Below, in pieces: positions 12,150 through 25,500 of a DNA stretch of 46,969 nt. The notes under the pieces were generated by a model. It worked only from the letters and a program-made list of their open reading frames with translations, was not told the DNA's origin and searched no databases. The translations under genes were made by a program, and so were the position numbers. Where the stretch lies: NCBI RefSeq assembly GCF_004010195.1, contig NW_025214593.1:1-46969 (forward strand), in the 5' to 3' direction. The stretch's first letter is position 1. Each line of letters begins with the position of its first letter. This DNA comes from Chiloscyllium plagiosum. Lineage: Eukaryota.

Positions 12150-12990
12150 GTGTGAGGACTAAAGGGTCCTTCTTGGACTGGAAGCTGGTGAAAAGCATTG
12201 TTCCTCAAGACTCAGTGTTGGAGCCACAAGATTTCATGAACGATCTAGATGAAGGAACTGAGGTTTCTTTAGCGAAGATTACATATAACATGAATATTGG
12301 TAGAGGTACAAGTGGTATTGAGGATTGCGGAAGTGGCAGAAGTGTTTGGACAGGATAGGAGAGTGGGCAATGAAGTGGCACATGACGTATATAAGGGAAA
12401 GAATGAGGTCATGCATCTTGGTGGAAGAATCGAGGCATAGACTTTATGTAATTGAGGAGGAATTTCAGAAGTCTGAAGTGCAAAGACTTTGGATTTCTGC
12501 TCCAGACGTTCTAAAGTTAAACTTGCAGGTTGAGTCAGGAATTAGGAAGGTAAATGCAATAATGGCATTTATTTCAAAAGGACTTGAATACAAAACAGGG
12601 ATATACTTCTGAGGCTCTGTCGGGCAGGACAGGCCACATTTGGAGTATCAAGTCCAGTTTTGGGCACCACATCTCTGGAAAGTCATATTCGCCTTGAACT
12701 GTGTTCAGACGAGATGCACAATACTGATCCCAGAATTGAACAGGTTAACTTTTGTGGAACGTTTGAGGACTCTGCGTCGAACTCGATGGAGTTGAGAAGG
12801 ATTAGGAGTGATACAGCTAAAACTTACCGAATGCTGAATAGCATGAACAGAGTCGATGTTGGGAAGATGTCTCCATTGTTTGGAGAGACTTGGACCGGTG
12901 GGTACAGAATTAGAGAAAAGGGAATGGAGTTGAAAAAGTTATCAGCGCTGAGTGATGGCAGATCAGACTCGATGGGCTGAATGGCAACAA
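12150..12990 (+). mobile_element. Decayed CR1 LINE RT and 3' end
   Basis: Motifs VPQDSVLEPQ, MNDLDEGTE, KVNAIMAFISKGLEYK, ELRRIRSD..KTYRML; 3' UTR gactcgatgggctgaatgg. Confidence 0.85.
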
Positions 12991-13064
12991 CACAAAGTGC
13001 TGTAGAATCACAATTGGCGTGATATGAAGTATTGGTTCGCAGATGTGTTACACAAACGCTTACA

Positions 13065-13485
13065 AATTTTGGAATCTACTCACTGGTGTTCAGAAGAATG
13101 AGAAAGTTTCTCAGGTGGAATGCACAAGACCGTTACGGAGCTTGACAGGTCAATGTTGAGACAACGTTTCTCAAAATGGAGGAATTACAGACGAGGTCCT
13201 CAGATTAAGGGAGGAAACATTTAAGATTGAGATGTGCAGATATAATTGTCTCTCAAAAGTTTGTAAGTAATTGGAATTTGTTAGCACTGAGAGTTTGGGC
13301 GTGGGGGGGGGTGGTAGATGGGGAACAATCTTGTTGTATATTTAAAACTGAGATAGATGAATTCTTGACCAATCAAGCAATCAAGTAGAAAGGGTAGGAA
13401 AATGGACACGACTAATGTTTGAACTGACATGATCCTGCAAAATAACAGAGCAGGTTTGAGTTACCAAATGGCCTACTCCTCGCGC
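13065..13485 (+). mobile_element. Decayed CR1 3' fragment
   Basis: ctacactggtgttcagaagaatgaga...tttaaaactgagatagatgaattcttga...aaatggcctactcct, typical of a CR1 3' end. Confidence 0.65.
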
Positions 13486-13499
13486 GATCTCTTAGAGAT

Positions 13500-14365
13500 T
13501 GTACATTATCTGGTACAGGAATCTAACTTCATCGAACCGTCAACACCTCTTGCAGATGCACCAGGTAAAGCATGTTACCTGGATGCATCACAGGTTGACA
13601 CTACAACTGCTCTGCCCAAGACTGGAAGAAATACAGAGAACTATCGTCACTGCTGAGATCAACGTTCAAGCCAAACTTCAATCCACTGACTCTACCTGCA
13701 CTTCTCGTTGCAGTAGAAAGAAAGACAACATCACTGAAGCCTCCTCATACAGCCGTTATAATATCTTCTTGACACTTAGAGTCATAGAAAGCCATCGAGT
13801 CCGACAACACGGATCCAAGCCCTTTGGCCCAAACTGGTACATGATGATAAAAATGACCATCCCCATCGAAATCTTTCCTAGTCATATCTTCGTACAAATG
13901 CGTTTAAATATTGTTTATCTACCTGCTCAACTACTTCAACTGGCATCTCATTCAATAAGCGGACCACCCTCTGTGTAAAATACTTGCCCTCAGGTTTCTT
14001 TCAACTCTATCTCCTTTAACCGTAATATTATGGCCTCTCGTCCTCGATTCCCAAGCCTTGGGGAAAAGACTGAGTGTATTGATTCTCTTTTCACAGACTC
14101 AAGGCAGAAAAGCTTAAACACACATACCAAAATGTTCAAGAACGTCTTCTTCCCCGCTGTTAAGGACTTCTGAACAGACAAATCAAATCTGAAATTTCAT
14201 GTTGACGTTTATTTCTGTACACGTTTGCAGCCGAAACTTGGTATTGCTCGCTCTGTTTTATCACCCCTGTGTCATTGTGTGTTGTGGTCTGCCATACTGC
14301 ACGCAACACAAAACGCTTCGTTGTACATATGGGCATAAGGCAAGAATAAATCAAAATAAATCAAA
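13500..14365 (+). mobile_element. Decayed Rex1/Babar-like LINE 3' part, interrupted by an antisense CR1 3' fragment (~13775-14090)
   Basis: Remnant of 'ESIL.GCIT.W..NCSAQD.KK.QR' (gtaaagcatgttacctggatgcatcac...caactgctctgcccaagactggaagaaatacagaga); resumes at 14095 (ttcaagaacgtcttcttccccgctgtta) and ends in (aataaatcaa)n. Confidence 0.55.
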
Positions 14366-14684
14366 CTGACTTCTGGCATTGCTCTGCATCAAAAACCAGA
14401 CAGCCTCCCAAATGACTTACCCAACACCAACATCGATGCAATCACATTAATATTAAAGTAGAAAGGTGAAATATTGTTTGCAGGTAGTGATACATAAAAG
14501 TAGGCAAGGTCGATCCAGGGGAACATAATTGGCAAACAGAAAAGTAGAGATATGTGAAATAGTTAACACGGAGAAAGTGAGATAGAGAGAGAAATGAAAG
14601 AAATAGTCAGAGAGAATAATCAGGTAGAGGCAGCGAAATAGAAACGCAAAAGGAGATAAAGTGGGAGAGAGAGTTGGTGGTAGT

Positions 14685-15683
14685 GGTGGGGGGAAGCGGG
14701 TCGGGTGCAGAGTGAGCTGCTGGGAATTCGTCAGATCAGGAATGGATCCGAATTGAAATAAACAGCTGTCAGCACCTTCCAGAATCCCAGGAGTTCTCAG
14801 AGTGGGGTATGCAGGTGCTCTCACTGTTGACTGCTGTCATTGATTTGTTCGGGGAGACAAGACAGCTAGTTTGCACACAAAAGTTTCCAATGTTACCAAA
14901 AAAGTAACGGCTGGTCTGTTGGAGTGATACATTTTGGTATCATTTCACTATTGGGGGTGGCGCTGGGAGAGAGTTGGGAGAAGCCTTGAGTTCCGATTCC
15001 ATGAAATACTTGATGCTGGGAAGTTTTAGGAACCGGTAGAGATACATCAATGTGAACGGAGTGAAGGCCAACTAGATAGAAAGTTACATTGGTTCCAACG
15101 TTGATTAACTGAATAACTTTCCATGCGAAGGGAAATGGAAGCAGCCATGCCATTCCGTGTTGGAAGTATATAAGCAATTGGAACGGTGGGGGGGAGCGGG
15201 ACGGGTGCAGAGTGAGCTGCTGGGAATTCGACAGATCAGGAATGCATCCGAATTGAAATAAACAGCTGTCAGCACCTTCCAGAATCCCAGGAGCTCTCAG
15301 AGTGGAGCATGCACGTGCTCTCACTGTTGACTGCTGTCATTGAGTTTTTCGGGGAGACAAGACAGCTAGTTTGCACACAGAAATTTCCAATGTTACCAAA
15401 AAGGTAACGGCTGGTCTGTTGGAGCGATACCTTTTGGTGTCATTTCACTATTGGCGGTGGCGCTGGGAGAGAGTTGGGAGAAGCCTTGAGGCCCGATTCC
15501 ATGCAAAACTTGATGCTGGGAAGTTTTAGGAACCGGTAGAGATACATCAATGTGAACGGAGTGAAGGCCAACTCGATAGAAAGTCACATTGCTTCCAACG
15601 TTGATTAACTAAATAACTTTCCATACGAAGGGAAATGGAAGCAGTCATGCCATTCCGCGTTGGAAGTATATTAGCAATTGGAA
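14685..15683. repeat. Tandem duplication, 2 x ~500 bp
   Basis: cgggtgcagagtgagctgctgggaattcg at 14702 and 15202; both units end in agcaattggaa; scattered substitutions only. Confidence 0.95.
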
Positions 15684-17845
15684 AGAAAGGTTTATTCAGA
15701 ACCGTCTGAAATAGAGAGTGGTGTGTGGATAATCTCCCAGCCTCTTTTAAACACCCAAACGCATCATTTCTTGCCCAATTGCAAGTGTTTAAATGCAGAC
15801 TTGGGCTATTTTTGTTTTGCTGCATGCTATTCTTGTTGTCAACAATCAGCAACATTTCTTCAATCTGAACAAAACATGGCGTGATGAAATAGTCGGTTTT
15901 ATGTGTCCCCGGTTTGATGTGGAGATATGACATATGAACTCAGACCTCTTGGCTCAAAGGTCAGAAGATTAGAAAGGATTATTTCTTAACACCACAACTG
16001 CCCTCGGTAACTTGCCTGTTATTGTTCCCTCTTTATGACTAATGCATTGGTTGAGAATTAGTTGGAGATTAACTTCTTTCTCTTCAGGGATACAACATCA
16101 GGTTAAACGCCGAGAAGCGGACACACTTGACAGAAATACTTATATTTAAGGAATGCGGGGTGATTACCTCTCATTGCTATGGACGTCAGTCAGTCTGTTA
16201 AATATTTGCCTTTAACACGGATCGTACCGGCCACAGGCTCCATTCACTGTCTGAGGTTTCCACAAAGGCTGCAATGTCCAACTGTAAAACCTGGTTAGAA
16301 TTCAGGATCTCATTGTGTCTTCAATGCACATACCTTGTGTCCCATATTTTAGACATTGCATTACCGTATACAATGCAGACTGTGCAGATGCCGCATATTG
16401 AAACATCAACCACCTCACACGCTTCACATTGAATTACTGTGGATAACAAAGTTTACGCAATGCTAAGTGTCAAAATATCAGTGACCCAACACAGTAGTTG
16501 TTGTATTACTACTGGTATTGCTTTGCTGCAGTCTATACATTGATGATTGTTCAAGCCAAACATTAGACATCCACCAGAGGAAACGCTCTACGGTCAGAAG
16601 AGAACATTGAGTTTGTTACTGGCCTGACAGCATTTAATGTGTACATCACGAACAATGTGTCTCAGATGGCTGTGTACACAGATCATACCCGTCTCACATT
16701 GTTTGAACGCTTGAAAGACAAGAATATGAACCTATTCCGTTGGAACTGTACAATAGAGAACTGTAATTTACAAATCAAACCATTTGTGAATTGTAAGAAA
16801 GTAATCACAGATGTGTTGTTATGGATTTAACACAATGTCGATATGAAATTGGTAGCTATTCAATGTTGCGTGTGTGAGTGTATTTGTGTGTATCACACAT
16901 ACATGCATGCACATATATGGGGAGAGGTTACTATGAATATAAATTAAAGGTATATGTATGTCATGATAATGTGGTTAATTAATGGTTCTTTTTTTGTTCT
17001 TCAGGGCAAGTGTTATAAAGGTGTAGTTGTGCAATGTACCTTTCAGAGAGAGGGGAAGCCAGCAAGGACTGACTGAAAGCGCAAAGAGTGCTGAACGTGG
17101 CTAAAAATGTCACACTTGATTGAACCAAGTTTCTGGAATTGCAATTTCATGGAACACAACCAAATTTAAATTCGAGCAATCAGTTTAAGCTGTGCGCCAG
17201 ATGCAAAATTCCATTCAAATTTGATTTTAGTGTTTTGATTACGCCAATCCAATGAACTGATCTGATGTTTTGAGGTATCAAACTGGATATTCTGAACAGT
17301 TAGGAGGAGAAATGCCAAACAGCAACAAGTATACACTGCTAGCCAAATAGCTCTGTGAAAAAGAAAAGGTATTCAGCAGAAGACCAAAGAAGAGACGATC
17401 CAGGAAACCCCAGAGGAAAATCGACTAAGCTGACTGATTCCGAAACGTGCCTCTGTTATTTTCCCGTGGACAGGTCATGGTTTTAGAAACGTCTGCCAAA
17501 GAGGCTTTCACGAGTGACAGCAATGTATTGGCACACGTTGCTGTCCCTGTTTGGAGATGTTGGTGAGAGTCAATGTTTAATGGATTGTCAGTCAAACAGG
17601 TTGGTTAATTCTGGACTGAGCAATGCACTTTAAATATTGATGCCAAAGCTAATGGCGCCCTCAGATTTATACTGTGACTTGTTGATAGCTAGCAATGAAT
17701 TGCCACGTCCAGCATATTGATCATGTGTCACTGAGCGATTAAAGCATCGTCAAATACTTAGGTGTGGTTATTCGATTTAATTCTGTTGGAGCTTCTATTT
17801 TCTCTGAAGATGGCACGGTGTGGTGTAAAATTCCAAGCAGTGGAA

Positions 17846-18295
17846 TGTGGTGAAACGGTTAAAAATTATGTCCCAATACATGTGTGAATCTAACCGGAAT
17901 GGAGGTGTTGCTTAGTCCCGTGTGAATCTTCTTATCTGTATGTAACCAGAATGGAATGTGTTTTTTAGCCTTGCTCTGCTGTTATTATCTGTATGTAACC
18001 AGAATGGAATGTGTTTTTCTGCTGTTCACATGAATGTTTATATCTGGAAAAGAGTATATCAGCCGGAAAAGTCTCCAGTTCGGTGAGTCTGCTCCGGGGT
18101 TACGTTTAACCGCCGAGCGTGGGTTGTTGGCAACCGCTCTACGAGAACTGACGGCTCCCAGTTTTTGTAACATGTAGAGTGAGTATAAGCCAGACCCGTT
18201 GTGCGACGCTGCGGGGAATAAAATGCCCATATTCTAGCAGTCTCGCCTCTTGGTCGTTTGTTCTGTGTCAGACTACTCTCCTACGAACCTGACCT
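17846..18295 (+). mobile_element. Possible solo LTR with internal 53-bp period repeats
   Basis: Starts TG; 34-bp direct repeat ttatctgtatgtaaccagaatggaatgtgttttt at 17932 and 17985; CpG-richer 3' half with a TATA-like gtataag followed by AATAAA. No TSD or terminal CA confirmed. Confidence 0.35.
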
Positions 18296-18617
18296 TGAGA
18301 ATTTTTTAAAACACACGGCACAAAAGGCCCTTTGCAATTCGTCAGATCAAACGTGAAAGTTGTGTGGGTTTTGCTGCATTTGGACATTGCGAAGTTCAGT
18401 ATAAATATACGCCTTCAAACCCCTGTGATTCACATCCAGTTGCAACTGCGCTTGGAAATGAAACAGATAATGGACGGGTGCTGTAAGTATCCCCTTCTGG
18501 GATGATGGGGAGTTCAGCATTTCGTGATAAATGCCAAGGCGAGAATATTTGCTCTCGCATTCAGTATTACTATGATTCTTCTTGTTTTTATTGTGTGATC
18601 TCTCTGTCTCATTCAGA

Positions 18618-19692
18618 TGTTGAAATAGTTTAATGTGAGCAAATGCGAGGTCTTGCACTTTGGAAAAAAGAATACAAGCATAGACTACTTTCTAAACGGT
18701 GGGAAAAGTCCTAAAGTCAAAGTACAAAGGGATCTGGGAGAGCTAGTCGAGGATTCTCTATAGGTAAACATGCAGGCTGAGTCCATGATTAAGAAAGCGA
18801 ATGCACTGTTGTCATTTATCTCAAAAGGATTGGAATATAAAAGCTGAAAATTTGTTGCTAGAAAAGCGCAGCAGGTCAGGCAGCATCCAAGGAATAGGAG
18901 AATCGACGTTTCGGGCATAAGCCCTTCTTGAGGAATGAGGCTCATTCCTGAAGAAGGGCTTATGCCCGAAACAGCGATTCTCCTGTTCCTTGGATGCTGC
19001 CGGACCTGCTGCGCTTTTCCAGCAACACATTTTCAGCTCTGACCTCCAGCATCTGCAGCCCTCACTTTCTCCTTGGAATATAAAAGCACCGTTGTGCTAC
19101 TGAGACTTTATAAAGCTCGGGTTAGGCCCCATTTGGAGTACTGTGTCCAGTACTGATCCCCACACCTCAGGAAGGACATACTGGCACTGGAGCGGGTCCA
19201 GCGGAGATTCACACGGATGATCCCTGGAATGGTACGTCAAACATACGAGCTAAGGCTGAGGATCCTGGGATTGTATTCATTGGAGTTTAGAAGATTCAGG
19301 GGAGATCTAATAGAAACTTACAAGATAATGCATGGCTTGGAAAGGGTGGACGCTAGGAAATTGTTTCCGTTAGGCCAAGAGACTAGGACCCGTGGACACA
19401 GCCTTTGAATTAGAGGGGGTCAATTCAGAACAGAAATACGGGGACATTTCTTCAGCCAGAGAGTGGTGGTCCTGTGGAATTCATTGCCGCGGAGTGCAGT
19501 GGAGGCCGGGATGCTAAATGTCTTCAAGGCAGAGATTGATAAATTCTTGATGTCACAAGGAATTAAGGACTACGGGGAGAATGCGGGTAAATGGAGTTGA
19601 AATGCCCATCAGCAATGATTGAATGGCAGAGTGGACTCGATGGGCCGAACACCCTTACTTCCACTCCTGTGTCTTATGTTCTTATGGTTTTA
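18618..19692 (+). mobile_element. CR1 LINE 3' portion (relatively young), interrupted at 18845-19072
   Basis: FNVSKCEVLHFGKKN; LYKARVRPHLEYCVQY; LYSLEFRRFRGDLIETYKI; TRTRGHSL; 3' UTR and (tcttatg)n tail. Confidence 0.92.
18845..19072. mobile_element. Palindromic Penelope-terminus mini-insertion with 15-bp TSD
   Basis: ~97-bp inverted arms around gaatgag-g-ctcattc; flanked by ttggaatataaaagc at 18830-18844 and 19073-19087; hammerhead-like motif in each arm. Confidence 0.88.
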
Positions 19693-20059
19693 TAGTTTAG
19701 TGAGTGGTGTGCTTCCTTTGCAACTACCTGCTACATAACATTTTTACACAATACTCTCAGAAACCGTATTATCCTTATCGTCCATGGCAGGATGTTTAAG
19801 TGTGGAGCCAGTGCGGCGCTGAAACTAGACACTGTGCTGCTACCAATATTTTGACTCTTTCACAATGCGTCATTTCCTCATACTGACCCTCCGATTGTGT
19901 AATGCTCCCTCAGGATTGATCTTCTGACAAGATGGTGCTCAAAGAGCACAGACTCTCCATAAGTGCAGTGCTCTAATAGCACTTGCCCTTGAACAATGTC
20001 CAGTCCTGAAGTCCTGACCAGCTGACAATGCAGCGAGCACTCAATCTCATGGCGCCAAT

Positions 20060-21065
20060 AACAAAGAATAAAGAAATTTACAGCACAGGAAATGGCCCTT
20101 TGACCTTGCCAAACGTGCGATGATCGAGGTTCGATATCTAATTGTGATGCTTATTTTTCGAAGATCGTCATCTCTTTGCTCCGTGTCCCTTCATGCATCT
20201 TAAATGACGCTATCATTCCCTCCTCTCCCACCTCCATCAGCAAAGCGTTCCATGCACCCACCACCCTCTGCATAGAGAACTTGCCATGCATAGCTGCTCT
20301 AAACCTTTCCCCTCCACACTTTGAACTCTTGACACCTAGTAATTGAGATCTGCATTCTGGGAAAATGCTTCTTGCTGTCCACCCTTTCTAAAACTCATGA
20401 ATTTTTAGACCTCATTGGGTCTCTCCCCAAATTTCTTCTTTGCAATGAAAATAATTCTAAACCACCTCTCTTTTTACCTAGTTTACTCTACACCCGGTAA
20501 CATTCTGGGGAACATCCACTGCACACTCTCCAAAACATCCATATTTCCTTTTCGTAAGATGGCGACCAGAACGATATGCAGAATTCAAAATATGGTCGAA
20601 CAAAAGTCCCATGCAACCGTAACAGGACCTGCCAACCTTTGTACTCAATACCTTATCCAATATACGAAAGGATGCCATATGCCTTCTTGACCACTTTGCT
20701 GACCTGCGGTTCCACCTTCTGTGAATAATGGACCTGAACACTCAAGTCTCTCTGTATGTAACCTTTATCCAGGACTTTTCTAGTTATTGCATAGTTTGCT
20801 CTTGGATTGGATCTTTCAGAATGCCTCACCTCGCATTTACTTGCATTCAACTATACCTGACATTTTGTTTTTGCCATCTGTCCAATCCATCTATATTCAG
20901 CTGTATTTTCGATAGTCCACTTCACAAATTGCTACTCCACCAATCTTAGTGTCATCTGCAACTTGCTAATTTGGCAACAAATGCATTCCTCCAATTATTT
21001 ATATATATCACAAACAACAGTGGTCCCAGCATGGATGGTTATGGAACACCGAAGGTCACAGGTCT
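20060..21065 (-). mobile_element. Decayed CR1 LINE RT and 3' end
   Basis: Antisense motifs GVP..SMLGPLLFVIYIN, NASKCEV.H, VVKKAYGIL, LECAVDVPQN-like remnant; tail aacaaagaataaagaa. Confidence 0.85.
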
Positions 21066-22564
21066 CCACCTGAACGGATCTGTTACCAATGTTCTAGCGA
21101 AGAGGATAAATAAGGTGGTCAGTAGGACTTTAAATTTCTGAGTTGTGGGGAGGGGAAAGTGAAAGCGACAGGGAGTATGGAGGTAAATGGAAAGATAAGC
21201 AGCAGGATAGCATGTCTGCAGGTGGATTTAAGCTTGAGGCAGACTCGGAATGCAGCAAAAAGGAAGGATAACTTAAGACATCTTATGATTTCCAATATCT
21301 CTAATGATAAGAAAGTTAGCATTAAGGCACTTTACCTGAATGCTCGTAGCATTCGTAACATAGTAGATGAACGAACGGCACAGATCACCGTGAATGATTA
21401 TGATGTGGTAGGCATCACAGAAACGTGGTTGCAGGGGTTTCAGGACTGGCAGTTAATCATTCAAGTATTTACAACTTATCGAAAAGACAGGGAGGTGGGC
21501 ATGGGGGAGGGGTGGCCTTGTTAGTTAAGGACAAAATTAAATCTATAGCACTGAATGACATGAGGTCGGTTGATGTGAATTATGTGTGGGTGGAATTGAG
21601 GAACCACAATGTCAAAAAAAAACATAGTGGGAGTTATGTACAGACCTCCTAACAGTGGTCAGGACCAGGGATGCAACATGTACCGGGAAATAGACAAGGC
21701 ATGTCAGAAAGGCAAGGTCCTGGTGATCATGGGGAACTTCAATATGCAGGTCGACTGGGTAAATAATGTTGCCAGTGGATCCAAAGAAAGGAAATTCATG
21801 GAATGCTTCCAGGATGGCTTTTTGGAACAGATTGTCATGGAGCCCACAAGGCTGCAGGCTATTCTGGACTTCGTGCTATGTAATGAACCAGACTTTATAA
21901 ATGATCTTAAAGTAAGGGAACACTTAGGAAGCATCGATCATAATTTGGTAAAGTTCAGTCTGCAGTTTGAAAGAGAGAAGGCAAAATCGGATGTACTGGT
22001 GTTGAGGGCTTAGACAGCCATGGCTGACAAAGGAAGTCAGGAAGTCTATCAAAGAAAAAGAGAGAGCCTATGAAGTGGCCAAGAGCAATGGGAAATCAGA
22101 AGATTGGGAAGGCTGCAAAACCAAACAGAGGATAACAAAGAGAGAAATAAGAAAGGAGAGCATCAAATATGAAGGTAGGCTAGCCAGTAATATTAGAAAT
22201 GATAGTAAAATATTCCTTCAATACATAAGAAACAAACGACAGGCAAAAGTCGACATTGGGACACTTCAAACTGATGCTGGAAGGCTAGTGATGGGAGATA
22301 AGGAAATAGCTGGAGAACTTAATTGATATTTTGCGTCAGTCTCCACAGTGGATGGCATGAGTAATATCCCAACAATTAAAGGGAGTCAGGGGGCTGAGTT
22401 GAGTATGGTTGCCATTACAAAAGAGAAAGTGCTAGAAAAGCTAAAAGGTCTTAAAATTGATAAATCTCCTGGGTCCGATGGGCAACATCCTAGAGTTCTG
22501 AGGGAGTTGGCTGAGGAAATAGCGGAGGCGTTGGTTGAGATCTTTCAAAAGTCACTGGAGTCAG
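21060..22564 (+). mobile_element. CR1 LINE: ORF1 esterase C-terminus and ORF2 APE endonuclease, frameshifted, 3'-truncated at the satellite
   Basis: GLHLNGSVTNVLAKRINKVV (SGNH-like ORF1 end); LYLNARSIRN, YDVVGITETWL, VGVMYRPPN, VIMGNFN, ILDFVLCN, SIDHNLV, KSPGSDGQHPRVLREL. Stops abruptly at IFQKSLES, before the RT domain. Confidence 0.93.
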
Positions 22565-22567
22565 AGA

Positions 22568-25500
22568 TACGCAACACCAGGTTATAGATTGAAATCACAC
22601 AACATCAGGTTATAGTCCGAACTCACACAGCATCAGGTTATAGTCTGAAATCACATAACATCAGGTTAGAGTCCGAAATTACGCAACACCAGGTTATAGA
22701 TTGAAATCACACAACATCAGGTTATAGTCCGAACTCACACAGCATCAGGTTATAGTCTGAAATCACATAACATCAGGTTAGAGTCCGAAATTACGCAACA
22801 CCAGGTTATAGATTGAAATCACACAACATCAGGTTATAGTCCGAACTCACACAGCATCAGGTTATAGTCTGAAATCACATAACATCAGGTTAGAGTCCGA
22901 AATTACGCAACACCAGGTTATAGATTGAAATCACACAACATCAGGTTATAGTCCGAACTCACACAGCATCAGGTTATAGTCTGAAATCACATAACATCAG
23001 GTTAGAGTCCGAAATTACGCAACACCAGGTTATAGATTGAAATCACACAACATCAGGTTATAGTCCGAACTCACACAGCATCAGGTTATAGTCTGAAATC
23101 ACATAACATCAGGTTAGAGTCCGAAATTACGCAACACCAGGTTATAGATTGAAATCACACAACATCAGGTTATAGTCCGAACTCACACAGCATCAGGTTA
23201 TAGTCTGAAATCACATAACATCAGGTTAGAGTCCGAAATTACGCAACACCAGGTTATAGATTGAAATCACACAACATCAGGTTATAGTCCGAACTCACAC
23301 AGCATCAGGTTATAGTCTGAAATCACATAACATCAGGTTAGAGTCCGAAATTACGCAACACCAGGTTATAGATTGAAATCACACAACATCAGGTTATAGT
23401 CCGAACTCACACAGCATCAGGTTATAGTCTGAAATCACATAACATCAGGTTAGAGTCCGAAATTACGCAACACCAGGTTATAGATTGAAATCACACAACA
23501 TCAGGTTATAGTCCGAACTCACACAGCATCAGGTTATAGTCTGAAATCACATAACATCAGGTTAGAGTCCGAAATTACGCAACACCAGGTTATAGATTGA
23601 AATCACACAACATCAGGTTATAGTCCGAACTCACACAGCATCAGGTTATAGTCTGAAATCACATAACATCAGGTTAGAGTCCGAAATTACGCAACACCAG
23701 GTTATAGATTGAAATCACACAACATCAGGTTATAGTCCGAACTCACACAGCATCAGGTTATAGTCTGAAATCACATAACATCAGGTTAGAGTCCGAAATT
23801 ACGCAACACCAGGTTATAGATTGAAATCACACAACATCAGGTTATAGTCCGAACTCACACAGCATCAGGTTATAGTCTGAAATCACATAACATCAGGTTA
23901 GAGTCCGAAATTACGCAACACCAGGTTATAGATTGAAATCACACAACATCAGGTTATAGTCCGAACTCACACAGCATCAGGTTATAGTCTGAAATCACAT
24001 AACATCAGGTTAGAGTCCGAAATTACGCAACACCAGGTTATAGATTGAAATCACACAACATCAGGTTATAGTCCGAACTCACACAGCATCAGGTTATAGT
24101 CTGAAATCACATAACATCAGGTTAGAGTCCGAAATTACGCAACACCAGGTTATAGATTGAAATCACACAACATCAGGTTATAGTCCGAACTCACACAGCA
24201 TCAGGTTATAGTCTGAAATCACATAACATCAGGTTAGAGTCCGAAATTACGCAACACCAGGTTATAGATTGAAATCACACAACATCAGGTTATAGTCCGA
24301 ACTCACACAGCATCAGGTTATAGTCTGAAATCACATAACATCAGGTTAGAGTCCGAAATTACGCAACACCAGGTTATAGATTGAAATCACACAACATCAG
24401 GTTATAGTCCGAACTCACACAGCATCAGGTTATAGTCTGAAATCACATAACATCAGGTTAGAGTCCGAAATTACGCAACACCAGGTTATAGATTGAAATC
24501 ACACAACATCAGGTTATAGTCCGAACTCACACAGCATCAGGTTATAGTCTGAAATCACATAACATCAGGTTAGAGTCCGAAATTACGCAACACCAGGTTA
24601 TAGATTGAAATCACACAACATCAGGTTATAGTCCGAACTCACACAGCATCAGGTTATAGTCTGAAATCACATAACATCAGGTTAGAGTCCGAAATTACGC
24701 AACACCAGGTTATAGATTGAAATCACACAACATCAGGTTATAGTCCGAACTCACACAGCATCAGGTTATAGTCTGAAATCACATAACATCAGGTTAGAGT
24801 CCGAAATTACGCAACACCAGGTTATAGATTGAAATCACACAACATCAGGTTATAGTCCGAACTCACACAGCATCAGGTTATAGTCTGAAATCACATAACA
24901 TCAGGTTAGAGTCCGAAATTACGCAACACCAGGTTATAGATTGAAATCACACAACATCAGGTTATAGTCCGAACTCACACAGCATCAGGTTATAGTCTGA
25001 AATCACATAACATCAGGTTAGAGTCCGAAATTACGCAACACCAGGTTATAGATTGAAATCACACAACATCAGGTTATAGTCCGAACTCACACAGCATCAG
25101 GTTATAGTCTGAAATCACATAACATCAGGTTAGAGTCCGAAATTACGCAACACCAGGTTATAGATTGAAATCACACAACATCAGGTTATAGTCCGAACTC
25201 ACACAGCATCAGGTTATAGTCTGAAATCACATAACATCAGGTTAGAGTCCGAAATTACGCAACACCAGGTTATAGATTGAAATCACACAACATCAGGTTA
25301 TAGTCCGAACTCACACAGCATCAGGTTATAGTCTGAAATCACATAACATCAGGTTAGAGTCCGAAATTACGCAACACCAGGTTATAGATTGAAATCACAC
25401 AACATCAGGTTATAGTCCGAACTCACACAGCATCAGGTTATAGTCTGAAATCACATAACATCAGGTTAGAGTCCGAAATTACGCAACACCAGGTTATAGA

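Noticed and set aside
14453..15587. Repeated-domain protein suggested by similar ORFs
   Set aside because: Similarity comes from the 500-bp DNA duplication; ORFs run into low-complexity sequence and I found no convincing splice signals or domain.
20060..22564. Single CR1 with a twin-priming inversion at ~21060
   Set aside because: The minus-strand piece looks much more decayed than the plus-strand piece and the geometry does not fit; more likely two independent insertions.
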